Shown here: in pieces, positions 12,700-24,842 of the stretch
Layout of the letters: each line of letters begins with the position of its first letter
How positions within the stretch are numbered: the first letter of the stretch is position 1
Assembly: GCF_000143415.4 (NCBI RefSeq)
Contig: NW_003314266.1
Coordinates: 4,021,766 to 4,080,142, forward strand
Direction: 5' to 3'
Origin: Selaginella moellendorffii
Lineage: Eukaryota; Plantae; Lycopodiophyta
Length of the DNA stretch: 58,377 bases
Notes under the pieces: generated by a model
What the model was told of the DNA's origin: nothing
What the model saw: the letters and a program-made list of their open reading frames with translations, nothing else
The model's database searches: none
Translations under genes and position numbers: made by a program

Positions 12700-14560
12700 T
12701 CATTTATTCACCCTGCCATGTAGACCCCTACAAGTAATCTTGGTGAACCATGGATGTAAGATAATGATGTTTGGCTATTAGGTGCTAGCTTTGACCATGT
12801 GGTCAACAAGCACTTTAGAGGTTTATAGTGGTAATAAGAAAGTTTTTTTTCATAGGCATGGTAAGGAACCTCAAAAAGAACTGTAGTAGCTTAGGCAATT
12901 ATCTTTGTTGTTTAATACTATGTCATAATATTAGTATCATTGTGATAGCTGACTAATGAACATTGGAATCTTAAAGTTGATGGTGGTGCCAACAAGTGCT
13001 GATGGAGGTTGTGAGGTTTGGACTATCAACAATATCATTTATGAGCTGTGAGCCCTTAATAAAAATTAATAAGAGATATCTGATTGTTAAGTATGATGTT
13101 TGAATATGTTGAGGCATTCAATGATAGTGCTCCAAGAAAAGTAGATTAACTCAAGATTTTAAACATTTCTAGTGATAATGGAGTGATGAGTGTTTGGCAT
13201 GGTTAGCCAATGTGAAGAAGTCTTTAGCTACCAAAGAAATTTTAGTGGTTATTCTAATGGTTTTGCATGATATATATCTTCAATGGTGGAATTAGCTTGA
13301 TAAGTTTTATGTTGTAAATAAAAAACCACTAGTGTCTACAATAGATGAGTTCAAGGCTTTTTTTTTTTTTTGTTTATGTTTAGCCTCTCACTATACATGG
13401 AGAATGCTTGCACAAAACTTTAAAACTTCTATTGATTGACACTTGGAGACTACATTAAAAAGTTGAATTTCTTGATTAGTTATGTTCTAATCAAATATCT
13501 AAATTAAAACAAATCCTACTTCATTAATGGCCTTCAAAATGAGAGTATGAATTAACATTTACATCATTTCATCATATAAATGGAAGAGCTCTTTGATATC
13601 ACTTAAAAATGACTTATATGCTTGTTAACTCAACTATGTGTTGAGTAAAACATAAGCTAATAACACTTATATATCAATTTTATGTTGGAGGGTTTGTTCC
13701 ATGACAGTCTAATATGAATTTTATTGGACAATGAGAGTAATAACAATTTCTTTTCCTTTTTTTTTATAAAGTTTGTTGAGGAGAACAACCTGGTGACATA
13801 AGGAGTTCTTTTTACATAATAAAAGGTGTAGCTACCTTTAAATATTATTTTAGTGCTTGTATAGATAGTTAAAAATATTGGTTGATAACATCATACTTGT
13901 GGAAACTTTTTATCTTACAAAATCTATTGTATGGATTATATTTTATGATTGATGGAGATAAAATAAAGCATTAAGCATGTTTCATTAAAGTATGGTAGTG
14001 TTAAGGATGTGTGGTATAAAAAGGAAGTTCAATTGTTATGATTTTTATTTATATCTTTGAAATGGATTTATTATAATGGAAAGGCAATTTTAAGTTATTT
14101 ATTGTTTATTCATGACTTAAAGACCAAGACACATGTGAAAGGAGGCAATAATGTGGGATGTGCTTGAGAAGTTTGTTAATGTCTTTCCATTTAAACTTTC
14201 TCATGGGTTACTTCTAATCCAAGGTATAGAGTATAATATTATGCTAACAATGACATTTTATTAGCAAACTAAGCTATGTGGAGGAATAAGAAATTTAATG
14301 ACAAAAGAAGTTACTTGATTTTAGATTTAGTCAACCAAGTCTATATGGCACACCAGTCTTGCTTGTGAAAAAGAATGATAGCTCAATTAATATTGATGTG
14401 TATTGATCATGCATTAAACAAGAAAATGACAAAGGATAAATTGAGCAATGGATATTATTAGATTGCAATATATGATTTATTTATCTTCAATATAGTATTC
14501 AACACAAGTTTCAAATATTTTGAATTACAATTATGCTATTCAGATTGACAATTACACCAA
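12700..14560 (+). mobile_element. Degenerate Ty3/gypsy gag-pol remnant (RT N-terminus)
   Basis: About 14338-14440 translates, across a frameshift, as SLYGTPVLLVKKNDSS...CIDHALNKKMTKDK, matching the gypsy RT motif SPYGAPVLLVKKKDGS..MCIDYRALNK. Left boundary approximate. Confidence 0.7.
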
Positions 14561-14654
14561 CAATGTTTACTCGGTTGGTGAGTGTTACTTATACAAGTTT
14601 TTAGAGATTCTTTTTGATGATATTTTTGTTTTTAGAAAGAATATAGAAAAACAT

Positions 14655-14911
14655 CCAAATGTTTGTCTTGCCTCCAGCAGATACCCATTCGAGGCAAATG
14701 TACGAATCAAGATGTTCCATGAGAAGGCGTTGGGCTGATCACTCGATCGGAAGACCGTGCGCTCACACTTTCCATACATCTGGATCATCAGATTCGCGAG
14801 ATAGACTCTCCTTCAATGCTCGCTCTTGAAGATCCTGGCATGGGTCTTGCGAGCAGCGGCGAGATCGCGAGTATAGCCACAGCGCCGCAAGCGCACTGCG
14901 AACTCCTCCAT
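14655..14911 (-). pseudogene. Truncated PLS-class PPR pseudogene
   Basis: MEEFAVRLRRCGYTRDLAAARKTHARIFKSEH*RRVYLANLMIQMYGKC...QPNAFSWNILIRTFASNGYLLEARQTF. In-frame TGA, then it runs into AT-rich TE sequence. Paralogous to the N-terminus of 14974-16572. Confidence 0.8.
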
Positions 14912-14973
14912 GGATTGATCATCACGTGGGAGCTCTCGAGAGGTATCAAAGATTTCCTCTCAAGCATTCTTCT

Positions 14974-16572
14974 CTAGATCTTTTTGCCAAGCAGGCTCCC
15001 CAGCAAGAGATAGGGCGATGCCGATCCGTCCATCCCCAGCACCGATCGCGCCACTCTAGATCCCCTCTGGACATCGCGATCGATCCGGCACGCCGCGAGC
15101 AGCGAGCCCCACGAGATTTCGTCCGCCGCCACTGGCATCGCCTCGATCAGCCCCTCGGCATCGCCCAATCGCCCGGATCGACACAGCATGTCCACGACGC
15201 AGCTGTAGTGCTCCCTCGTCGCCTCCACCCCGTGATCCACCACCATCGATTCGAAGAGCGCGCAGCACTGCTCCACGAATCCGGCATGGCTGCACGCCGC
15301 CAGGATGCTCGTGAAGGCGATCTGGTCGGGTGTCTCTCCCGCCAGCATCATCGATTGGAAGAGCGCGATCGCGGCGGCACAGTGGCCGCTGTGGGCGTTG
15401 GCCGCGATGATCGTGCTCCACGCCAGAACGTCCTTGCGAGGGATGCGATGGAAGGCGCGATTCGCGAGCTCCAATTGGGCGTTTTGGGCATAGCCGCTGA
15501 TCATCGCGCTCCAGGAGACGCTGTTGATCGCTGGGGAGGAATCAAAGATCTCTTGCGCCGCGAGCGATTCTCCGCCAGCGAAGAACGCAACGATCATGGC
15601 GTTTGTGGAGACCACGTCGTGCTCGGGCATGGAATCAAAGGCATCTTTCGCGCGAGAGAGATCCCCATTTTGGGCATATACCGTTAGAGCAGTGTTCCAC
15701 GAGTAGAGATTCCTGTGCGGCATCTTCTCAAAGACGGAATATGCTTCTTCCGCGCGGAGATTCTGGGAGTAGGCCACTATCATAGCCGTCCAAGTGATAA
15801 CGTTCCTCTCAACTGAGCCGTCAAACAGCCTCTGGGCGGAGTCAAGACCCCCATCTTGGGCATTTACGACAATCATGGCCGTCCACGTCACGACATTCCA
15901 GCAAGGAATGCGCTGGAATATCTCCTGGAGCATTCCCGAATGGCCATGATCAGCGTACATCTGGAAAATGGCATTCCAGGACGCAATGTCCCGTCCAATT
16001 CCCGCCATTCGATCAAACGTCGATTTTGCGAGCTCAAGATGCCCTTTGTGGGCATATGCTTGGAACAAAGTAGTCCATGTCACAACGTTGGATGCCGGCG
16101 TATTCTCACAAAGAAGCTTTGCCTGGTCTATTACTCCGTGTGTAGTATATGCTGTGACCATGCTACTCCATGTAAATCCATTTGTCTGTGGCATCTTATC
16201 GAAGATTCTTCTTGCGTCTTCTAGATGCCCTTTCTTGGCATAGGCCGATAGCATCGCCGTGTACGTCACTACGTTCTTCCCATCCATTCTCTCGAAAGTC
16301 TTCTTCGCCTCGATCAATCGCCCATTTTGTGCAAACGTGAGAAGCATCGAGTTCCAGGAGAAGTCGTTTGGATCGCGGAGGGACGCGAAGATTTTCTCGG
16401 ATTCCTCGACGCTGCCGCATTTGCCGTACATCCTGATGAGGAGATTGGAGAGAATGAGGGCTTTGTGATGCTCGCTCGCGAGGATTTCCTGGTGCAATCT
16501 CCTGCCCAGCGACAGATCTTGGAAGTCGATGCAGTGGCGGAGCGCTTGGATGAAGGATTGCAGGGATTTCAT
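14974..16572 (-). CDS. PLS-class PPR protein (short S-type repeat array, E domain, no DYW)
   Basis: LIRMYGKCG; repeated NVVTWTAM..AY.QNG motifs; FTSILAACSHAG...HYSCVVDMLCRSGRL...WGSLLAAC...SPYLLL E-domain. Confidence 0.93.
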   Translation of the reverse strand: MKSLQSFIQALRHCIDFQDLSLGRRLHQEILASEHHKALILSNLLIRMYGKCGSVEESEKIFASLRDPNDFSWNSMLLTFAQNGRLIEAKKTFERMDGKNVVTYTAMLSAYAKKGHLEDARRIFDKMPQTNGFTWSSMVTAYTTHGVIDQAKLLCENTPASNVVTWTTLFQAYAHKGHLELAKSTFDRMAGIGRDIASWNAIFQMYADHGHSGMLQEIFQRIPCWNVVTWTAMIVVNAQDGGLDSAQRLFDGSVERNVITWTAMIVAYSQNLRAEEAYSVFEKMPHRNLYSWNTALTVYAQNGDLSRAKDAFDSMPEHDVVSTNAMIVAFFAGGESLAAQEIFDSSPAINSVSWSAMISGYAQNAQLELANRAFHRIPRKDVLAWSTIIAANAHSGHCAAAIALFQSMMLAGETPDQIAFTSILAACSHAGFVEQCCALFESMVVDHGVEATREHYSCVVDMLCRSGRLGDAEGLIEAMPVAADEISWGSLLAACRIDRDVQRGSRVARSVLGMDGSASPYLLLGSLLGKKI

Positions 16573-16759
16573 CCATGATCATGCGCAGGACCTCTCCACA
16601 AGCTTCAGCTTAACTAACCCATGTTGTCAAAATAACTCCAATAAAAATTGTGTATTTGTTTTATCTCATGCTCAAGCTGGTCAGATCAAAATGATGTCAA
16701 TCTATCACTCTTCTTTGGCTGACAGAACATTGATCAGTAATGCCATGTTCTTGTACTCC

Positions 16760-18230
16760 TTAGAACTTGGATTGGCCATTCCAAAATCTTCCTTTTGCCA
16801 TCTTCTTGGAGACAGCGAGCACCCTGGAATCGTCCCGACTCAGGTCCCAAAAGGACTCTTCAAACGATTGAACGTGCAGCATGTAAGCAGGAGTTCCAAC
16901 GCTCAGAGCACTCGTCAGCTGACTTGTGCTCATGGCTCGGTTCATAAGGTCCAGTGCCGCCAATGGCGATGCAACGTGCTCTTCGGCATCAGGAAACCCG
17001 CGCTTGAGCGACGCGTTCTTCATGGGGGTATATTGCAGCAGTACAATGTGCAACTCCCTCCCGCTCATCCAGATCACCACATCTACACCTGGAAAGCAAA
17101 GGTCCTGGCCGAAACTTGAAAGGCTTGTAGCAGTACCTTGAATCCCCCCTTCAACTGCTGCAGGAGTCACTTGATGCTTCTCTGCGGGATGTCAAAGTTT
17201 CGAAGCTGATACGTTCTCCTCGAATGCAGAGGAGGACCAGCCCCTTCTTCGCAGAGTGTCATCACAGAGGTGGCCCAGTGGATCACTTTCCCGTCCGTAA
17301 GCAGCTGGCGTGCATATGCCGTCCACGCTCCGTCGGGATGAGGCTTGACAATAGCCCACGGCTCTCAGGAAGATCAACTTGATGTAAGTGGAGCAGTAGC
17401 GCCCCCTTTGAGCGTTGAGAACGTAAGTGAGATCCAGGTGTGCCATGAGCTCGTCGGTGGAGCAGCAGTGGTAGTCTTCTCCTCGCAGGACTAATTCGTC
17501 TGCCTTTCTTACAGCTGCCTTCACCTCGCAATGCCTAGAAAACGTCATGATCACGGCCTCCCAGTACTCGTCTTCTTCCTCCACCGAGGCATCCCTGGCG
17601 CAGAAGGGATGCAGCAACACGTTTCTGCTCCCACTTTTGCGAAACGTTGCTTTGCTGCACTTTTGATTCAAGGTCGTAGTTGCACGATTGGCATAGTGCA
17701 TCGAGGAAAAGTGGCACAAATCCAGTGTAGAAGTAGATGCTTGAACGACGAGGAGTACCGGCATATATGGAGTACTCGTCCTGCATGCAGCAAAAAGAGC
17801 AAAACCATGAGGACTGGAGCAAAGAAAGAGTACATAACTGACTCTCCCGTAAGTATAACACGGCAGGCTCTGGAGTGCACTACCAACTTTCGCCACCACC
17901 ACAACCTTGCCAAAACCTTATACAGATCACGAGGGTGGTCGGGAAGTTTTCAAGCAAGTCTGCACGACTCTTCTCGCCGCAGTCGTCTACCAAGAAGTAA
18001 AACACCGACTTAGAGGCATGCCAGCGCTCAAAAGTTGGATGATTTCCCGACGCGGCCGTAGACCACGAACGGGGGCCAGTCCGAGACGAGAGAGTCCCGA
18101 CCGACGTAATCGAAATGGTAGAAGGAGCGCATCCCAGACCCGTGAACTTGCTTGAATCGAACAGATCGTCTTCTTCCATGCGGCGGCGCTTACTTGTCCT
18201 ATCGCTTTATGTAGGGTAAGAACATTGATC
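16760..18230 (-). pseudogene. Degraded gene, possibly Crinkler-type NTPase+REase remnant
   Basis: ORFs 17192-17902 and 16760-17170 share a frame and are separated by one stop. The joined text reads GWSSSAFEENV...FPGVDVVIWMSGRELHIVLLQYT (PD-(D/E)xK-like). Upstream YFLVDDCGE is Walker-B-like; frameshifts present. Confidence 0.35.
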
Positions 18231-18387
18231 AACCCTGGAACATGAAGCAGTAACTTCTACTTCGTAATCTCGGTTCTTTCCAGCACTCCCAGATTGACAA
18301 CAAGCGGAGGCCAAATTTAAATCTAAGCCGTTAATTTACTACTTAGGGTTTTTAAAAGCTGGAGCATCGACGAAAGCATCGAGGACG

Positions 18388-18833
18388 ATGCCAAGGGAAG
18401 AGCTTGAGCCACTGCATGTTCTTGGTGCTGTACTGGCTTTGATGGTCATCTTTGGAATAGTCTTTGGTGGGATGGGTATGATGGCCATTGCTTTGGTGAC
18501 GGCTGTGATCATCCCCTGCTGGATGTGGAGGGAGTTCAAGGTTGGGCCATTCCATGTCAAAGCCCTCGGCTTTGCAGGTACTCTCTCCATTTTTACTTCA
18601 CATTTCTAGAAAAACTTCGACAGAGCAAACTCAAAGAAGCGAGGCCCCAAAGGAACGCAGGAACCGTCGTCCAGATCCAGAGCAGTGCTCATGTTGCTAC
18701 TTTGACACTACGAACTGTAGGTACCATTCTAGATTCGTCAACTAGAAATTCTCGTGAAGCTCAGAGATCTGCTGCAAATCGACCGTTCAATTCTAGCTCC
18801 ATTCTGTGTTCCTCGGCAAGCCTACTAGTTTGA
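18388..18833 (+). CDS. Possible small membrane protein (probable intron at about 18578-18609)
   Basis: Long hydrophobic stretch VLGAVLALMVIFGIVFGGMGMMAIALVTAVIIPCW; short GT...AG intron candidate; no family recognised. Confidence 0.25.
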
Positions 18834-19670
18834 CGACTGGACATGGGAGAAAGGAACTTCAACTTCCCTCTATGTCATAGTTTGTATGAGCATCGAGTCT
18901 TCTCTTCCAGGACCAAAGGAGGACTTAGCTCCTCGGTGCTGTTCGCGTTTTTTGGTTGCGACTCCAAATAAAAAAGGCTCAACGCCGATATGAAAGCGAA
19001 GAACACAAAGGTATAAAGCGATGAAAACGTTTCCCTTCTCCTTACCACTGATGCAATATATCAGAAGAGATCGAGTGACTGGTGTTTAACGCGACTTGTA
19101 GAAGGCCCGCTGGCAAGAGGATGGCGGCTCTGCGTGACGCGCTCGATCCGGCCACGGAAAGTCCTCCCTGGCAAGGCTCGACGCCGTCGCCTTCCTTTCG
19201 CGTTCTCGGGCACGTATCGAGCCTCCTTGCTGCACCAGGATTCGTTCCTTGGCGAGCAGTAGCACTGGCTCCGAATTCCAGAGGCGCTTATGCACAGGTT
19301 TCCATCTGGAAGCCGGATCACAATACTGAGACTAATGATGGGACAGGAAAAGCTCACCTTATAAACCGCTGACCAAGTCAACTTGGTCAAAGTTCTTCGC
19401 TAGCTATATAAAAACTTTTTACAGACTTCAATGAGTCTTTGATAAAATACTCCCTACATTTCTTGAGGATCGATCATAGTCATCGTTTACATTCGGAGTT
19501 CTTCTCTTTTGGGACCAACTACCTGACACAAATGACGTTTACGTGAGCAAGTTCTCCAAGGCATTTTGCAGATCTATTGTAGTTTCAAGAGACTTTTCTT
19601 ATACTTTTTGCCTTCTGCATCGAGTCGCCCAGCTTGACCGAGCAAGGAAGAAAAGCAAGGAATGGTTTGA

Positions 19671-19671
19671 T

Positions 19672-19732
<61 letters not shown>
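19671..19732 (+). repeat. Compound microsatellite (TG)13(AG)18
   Basis: Directly visible. Confidence 0.95.
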
Positions 19733-19736
<4 letters not shown>

Positions 19737-19900
19737 GGTAGGCCGAACGATCCACGAGGAATCCGAGACGAAGATCGCGAACACGCTCATCCACATGTAT
19801 GGGAGCTGCGGGAAAATCCAGAAAGCCAGCGAGATCTTCGAATCGATGCCACACAAATCCACAGTCTCGTGGAATTCCATCGTCTCGCTCCTTTTTAAGA
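19733..19900 (+). pseudogene. PPR gene fragment
   Basis: RVGRTIHEESETKIANTLIHMYGSCGKIQKASEIFESMPHKSTVSWNSIVS; no start codon, fused to the microsatellite. Confidence 0.7.
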
Positions 19901-20069
19901 TTCCCGCGAAAGATTTATATGTACAAGTAAGAACCCTAAAATCGTGGAAAGATGTGACGCTTGCTTACTTGGTGCAATCTCCTTCCCAGCGACAGTGTCG
20001 GAGTTTTTGTGTGAAGTAGGGATTTCATGCTCCAGGAATGCCGTTGGGAGCCAAATCTCCTCTTTGGGC

Positions 20070-21962
20070 ATGAATCTCTTCTCTGGAAATGCAAGAGCGA
20101 CGAGGTACTCACAATCACAGTTCCTGGAGCTCGCGGATGTGGTGCGGGGCGTCGCGGAATCCAGAGATTTGCCAAGAGCGCAGCACGTCCACGCCCGGAT
20201 CATGGCGAGCGATCATCGCGAGGACCGGGTTTTGCTCAATCTCCTGGTGGACATGTACGGGAAGTGTGGCGATCTCCCAGCGGCAGCGGCGGTCTTCGAT
20301 CGAATCCCTCGCAGGAACGTCTTCTCGTGGAACGTCCTCGTCGGGGCACTTGCCAAGAACAGGGAATTCGATTTCGCGGAGAGCGTGTTCGATCGAATGC
20401 CACAGAGGGATCTGGTGACATGGAATGCGATTCTCGCTGGCAATGCCGAGAGAGGAGACCACCATCGATTGAAAGAGATCTTCGATCGGATGCCACAGCG
20501 AGACAAGATCTCTTGGAACACGATCGTGGACGCAATTGCCATCACCGGGGTTTTGGAGTTCTCTCGCCTCGTGCTGGAAAAAATGCCCAGCTGGGACGTG
20601 GTGGGGTGTACGGTCATGGTGGCGGCGTTCGCGGAGGAAGACGATGTACGACACTCCAAGAGGATATTCGACGCAATGCCGTACAGGGACGCGGTGAGCT
20701 GGACCGCCACGCTGACGGCATATGCCCAGAATGGCCACGCTGACGTGGCGTGGATTCTGTTCCGGAAAATGCCCAGCTGGGACCACGTGGCATGGAACGC
20801 GATGATCAAGGCCTCGGCATCCAACGGCCAGGGCTTCGAGGCCAAGGTGTTGTTCGATTCCCTGCCCCTTCGCGACGTGATCTCGTGGAACGCGATGGCG
20901 GAGGCCTTCGTTGGATCGGGCGAGCTCGATCAAGCGATCGCATTGTTCTTCGAGAAGATCCCGTGCTGGGATTTCGTCTCAGCCACCGATATGATCGTCG
21001 CTCTGGCGCTCCACGGCCGGATCGAGGAGGCCAGAGAGGTGATCGATCGATCGCCAGAGCTCAGTACCGTCTCCCTCAACGCGATGATCAGTGGCTATGC
21101 CCAGAACGGGCAGCTCCACCTCGCCAAGTCGGTCTTCGATCGGATGGATCGCCGGGACGTTGTCTCGTGGAATTCGATCATCGCGGCCTATGCCCAACAC
21201 GATCGATTGGAGGAAGCTCGCACCACTTTCGCCAAAATGGCCCAGATCGATGTGGTGTCCTGGAACACTCTCGCGCAGGCGCATGCCCTCCACGGGCATA
21301 TCAACGAAACCATGGCGATATTCCAGACGATGGCGAGCAGGAACGTCGTCTCTTTCAACGCGCTGATTGGAATCCTGGCCCAGCACGGGAGCTTCCGCCA
21401 GGCGATGGAACTCTACTCGCGAATGCCGCAGAGAAACCTCCTGACTTGGAACCACACCATGGCTGCCTGCTCGCAAAATGGAAGCTTCGAGTACCTGGAG
21501 CTCGTCTACCACGACATGAACTTGGAGGGCCTCTCGCCAAACCCGGCCTCCTTCTCGTTGATCCTCACCGGATGCAGCCACACTGGTATCGTTGCTCGAG
21601 GACTGGAGGAGTTTTGCTCCATGGTGGTCGACCATGGAATCTCGCCGACGATCGAGCACTACTGCTGCATGGTGGACGTCTTTGGACGAGCCCGGCATCT
21701 GGATGAAGCCGAGGAGGTTGTCGAGAGCATGCCTTTCGAGCCGGATTCGAGTGCCTGGCTGACTCTCCTATCGGCATCCAAGAGTCACGGGGACTTCGAG
21801 AGGGCGGCTCGAGCGGCTTGGAAGGTGATGGATCTCGATCGGAAGAAATCGTCGCCTTATATACTGTTGTCGAATATGTATGCCGAGGAGGAGGAAGATA
21901 GCATAGAGTTTTTCACGCTAGAACGCGAAGGTAGGAGCGTTCTGGCAACCAACAAGGCGTGA
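20070..21962 (+). CDS. PLS-class PPR protein with E domain, no DYW
   Basis: First ATG at 20070 within ORF 19944-21962; LVDMYGKCG; many D(V/L)(V/I)SWN repeats; CSHTG...HYCCMVDVFGRARHL...WLTLLSA...SPYILLSNMY. Confidence 0.93.
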   Translation: MNLFSGNARATRYSQSQFLELADVVRGVAESRDLPRAQHVHARIMASDHREDRVLLNLLVDMYGKCGDLPAAAAVFDRIPRRNVFSWNVLVGALAKNREFDFAESVFDRMPQRDLVTWNAILAGNAERGDHHRLKEIFDRMPQRDKISWNTIVDAIAITGVLEFSRLVLEKMPSWDVVGCTVMVAAFAEEDDVRHSKRIFDAMPYRDAVSWTATLTAYAQNGHADVAWILFRKMPSWDHVAWNAMIKASASNGQGFEAKVLFDSLPLRDVISWNAMAEAFVGSGELDQAIALFFEKIPCWDFVSATDMIVALALHGRIEEAREVIDRSPELSTVSLNAMISGYAQNGQLHLAKSVFDRMDRRDVVSWNSIIAAYAQHDRLEEARTTFAKMAQIDVVSWNTLAQAHALHGHINETMAIFQTMASRNVVSFNALIGILAQHGSFRQAMELYSRMPQRNLLTWNHTMAACSQNGSFEYLELVYHDMNLEGLSPNPASFSLILTGCSHTGIVARGLEEFCSMVVDHGISPTIEHYCCMVDVFGRARHLDEAEEVVESMPFEPDSSAWLTLLSASKSHGDFERAARAAWKVMDLDRKKSSPYILLSNMYAEEEEDSIEFFTLEREGRSVLATNKA

Positions 21963-23680
21963 GTTACATTAGAAGCGCACAAACTTACAAATTTTCTAAC
22001 GCGATTGACCGAAATTGGTGTTTGTTCTGCAGAGTTCGCTAGAACATCCACTGTGCGTTTTTTCTTCCGTGGTTCGGTTCCGGGTAAGGCAGAGTTAGTG
22101 TTTCTCTCAGCTTGTCCTCGTATAATTGATCAGCAGCCAATGCATCTACGGAGAACAAAGAAAAAACACGATTTTGGATGACAAACAATTGACAAAGAGA
22201 TCACCTTCGTATTCATGGCGAGCGTGTGACTGAGCAACAAGATCAGCGGCTTGTTTGCTCCGTACTTGAGTCTGTAGAGCCTGATACAAGTCTTGCTTCG
22301 ACTGTAAAGCAAAAGATCGCATTACCTAGTCTATAAACTTTCAAGAGAGAAAATCATTACCATCTTAGCCTCGAGCGACTGCCTTTGCTTCTCCAGCTCC
22401 ATGGCTCTCATCTCAGCCTGTAGCTTCTCTAGCTCGATCCGTTTCTCCTCGTCCCGAGTTCTCTGAAGTTGCTCTGGAGAGAAAACAAAAACACGTAAGT
22501 TGCAGTGATCACCAATCCTTCACGTACCTTTGAACTTGAGCTGTGCCTCTCTCTCCTCATGAACTCTCATCATCAATCGCTTCCTCTTCTCCTCCTGGTA
22601 CTGCTGTTCCTCGTCCTTCCGCCGCCACTCCTCGTCAACCTCCTGCTGGATGATCGCCTCCATCTCGGCATCGTCGGCCATTTGCTTGGCCATCACCTCC
22701 TTGAGATACGCCGCGTACGCCACAGCCTCTTGCCGCTGCTTCTCCCGGAGCTGCCGCTCCTGGTTCTCCTCGGCTCTCTCTCTCTCGCTCACCATGTTGA
22801 CGAGCATGGCGTCCGAGTGCTTCTCATCCATCAGCTCCTTCTTCCGGTTATCCTTGACTTGGTCGTTGTAGCGCATCGTCTCCTGGGATTCCTGCTGGGC
22901 CTTTTGCCGGCGATGGGCTTGGAGAGCTCGCAGCTCCGCGTCCTCGTCCTGCCACTTCCTCACCAATTGCCGCATCTCGTCCTCGAACGAATCCCTCTCC
23001 TCGTCCCGGAGCCTCTGGACCAGCGAGATTTGCTCTTGCAAGATCTCCATGGCCTCCTTCTTGCGCGTCTTCTTGAGCATCAGGTCCTGGAGCTCCTCCT
23101 CCTGCGCGCGCTGCCGGTCCAGCTCCATGATCTCCTTGGTCGTCAATCGCTCCTCATCCTGGAGCCGCTTCTTGGCCAGATTTGCCTCGCGCTGCTTCTT
23201 CCGGATCTCCTCCGCCTTGAGCACCGCCATCTTGGAGTTCTGGAGCCGCATGTCGTCGCAGCCCTCCCGGAACACGCGATCCAGCTGCTGGTCGGCGTAG
23301 GTCTTATCCCTGGCGATTCTTTCCTCCCGGAGCTGCCGCCCTCGGGCCTCAAGCCACGCCCGGCGCTCGCCGAGATTCATCGTCGCCGTGTGGAGCTCGC
23401 AATGCAGCGTCTCCGCCTCCTCCCGGAGCAAATCCCCCAGCCTCTGGCGCTTCTCCGCCAGCTGCCGCGCCTTGAGCGCCATGGCCGATTTCTCGCTTTC
23501 CATCTTTGCCCTGAACCGGAGCTTGGGCTCGTTGGATTGCTCGAATTCGGCGCAGCGCATGAGATGCTCGTACTCGTTGACGTGATCCACGCGGGCCTGC
23601 CGCGCCTCCTCATACTGCCGCTGCTTGTAGATCCGGTCCTCGTTCGCCGGGAGGCGCTTGGGATGATAGAACGTCGACAT
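21857..23680 (-). CDS. CFAP53: Cilia- and flagella-associated protein 53 (CCDC11)-like coiled-coil protein
   Basis: LAEKRQRLGDLLREE...ERRAWLEARGRQLREER...QQLDRVFREGCDDMR resembles the CFAP53/FAP53 N-terminus. Large exon 23680-22528, then in-phase exons about 22474-22361, 22303-22207 and 22146-21857. 3' end uncertain. Confidence 0.75.
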
Positions 23681-24114
23681 TACGGGGAAATGCCGATCAA
23701 GAACAACGAAATATCACTCCTGGAGCAAAATCTGCCTCAAGAACAAACGAAATATCAATCCTGGGAGCAAGATCTGCCTAGGGAAACGAAGAATGCCGGT
23801 CAAGAACAAGAGAAATATTGATCAGGACGCGAGAAATCTAGCCCAGGGGGGGAAGAACCGCGAAGAGGCATCCGGTAGAAACAAGAAAGATACACTGATC
23901 GATCCAATCTACCAGCGACACGCCGCCGCGATCACGCGATCATCGATTCTACCTACAAGAACCCTAAAAACGAAGAAAGAAGGGCGGAGAGCAGAAAAGG
24001 CGGGCGGACGGTTGAAAGACGAGAGCCCGCGCTCGGTGAGAAGAAACTAGGGCTGACGTGGAGTTAACGGAAATTAACAAACCGGTTAGAGTCCGAGCCT
24101 TTTGTGCCCATTTT

Positions 24115-24842
24115 TTAAGCTCCATGTTGGATGGGCTTGAGAGGATGGGCTTTGATCGCAGTTAGATCAAGCGTGGATTCCATTTCGTCGTCCAACTCTC
24201 CTACCACAGCGCTGCCAAGAACAAAAAAATTTTAGATCGATCGAAGAATCGAGAGTTCTTACATGTTGTCGCCTCTGATAATGTACAATCCCAAGACATG
24301 CTGCTCTACTCCAGTCTGGAAGGAAGAAACGATCAAAATCGTCGCAAACTGCTGGGAGTGGAGTGAAAGAGAAAACAAAAAGAGGAGGATCGGAAGCTAG
24401 AAATGCGAGAAGAAAGACTTTGCGAAAAATCCTGGCAAGGAAGCAATGGGAGAAAACCGAAAAGAGCTCAAGGAAAAATCGACAAGGGACGATCGAGAAA
24501 GAGTGGAAGGATTGGAAGCTCGAAATGCGAGAGAAGAAAGACGCACCGTTGTGGAGTAGACCCTCTCGTGCGATTCATCGATGATTAAGTTCGTCGCCTG
24601 ATCGTATCCCTTGAGCATTCCCTGGAGAAGAAAAAAAATATCGAGACTAGAGATCAATCGGTGGGACGCGAGCGAGCTTACCACGATGTTCCGCCCATCG
24701 TTTGTGATGACAGAGATGAGCTCTGCGAGCAAGAAAACCCTGATTTTTAGCACCAGAACAAGAGCGAGAATGATTGGGAGCGAGGGAGCTACTTACGATT
24801 GACGAGGTATTCCAAGCCGGTGTCCTTGTTGGCGCTGGCCAT
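24115..24842 (-). CDS. LSM8: U6 snRNA-associated Sm-like protein LSm8 (5 exons)
   Basis: Spliced: MASANKDTGLEYLVN/LISVITNDGRNIV/GMLKGYDQATNLIIDESHERVYSTT/TGVEQHVLGLYIIRGDN/AVVGELDDEMESTLDLTAIKAHPLKPIQHGA*. Confidence 0.95.

Noticed and set aside
14926-16578. Numerous antisense and alternate-frame ORFs over PPR genes (also 20027-21777 and 28344-30541)
   Set aside because: Shadow ORFs of GC-rich coding sequence.
22505-23821. 438-aa Leu-rich + strand ORF
   Set aside because: Antisense shadow of the Glu/Gln/Lys-rich CFAP53 exon.
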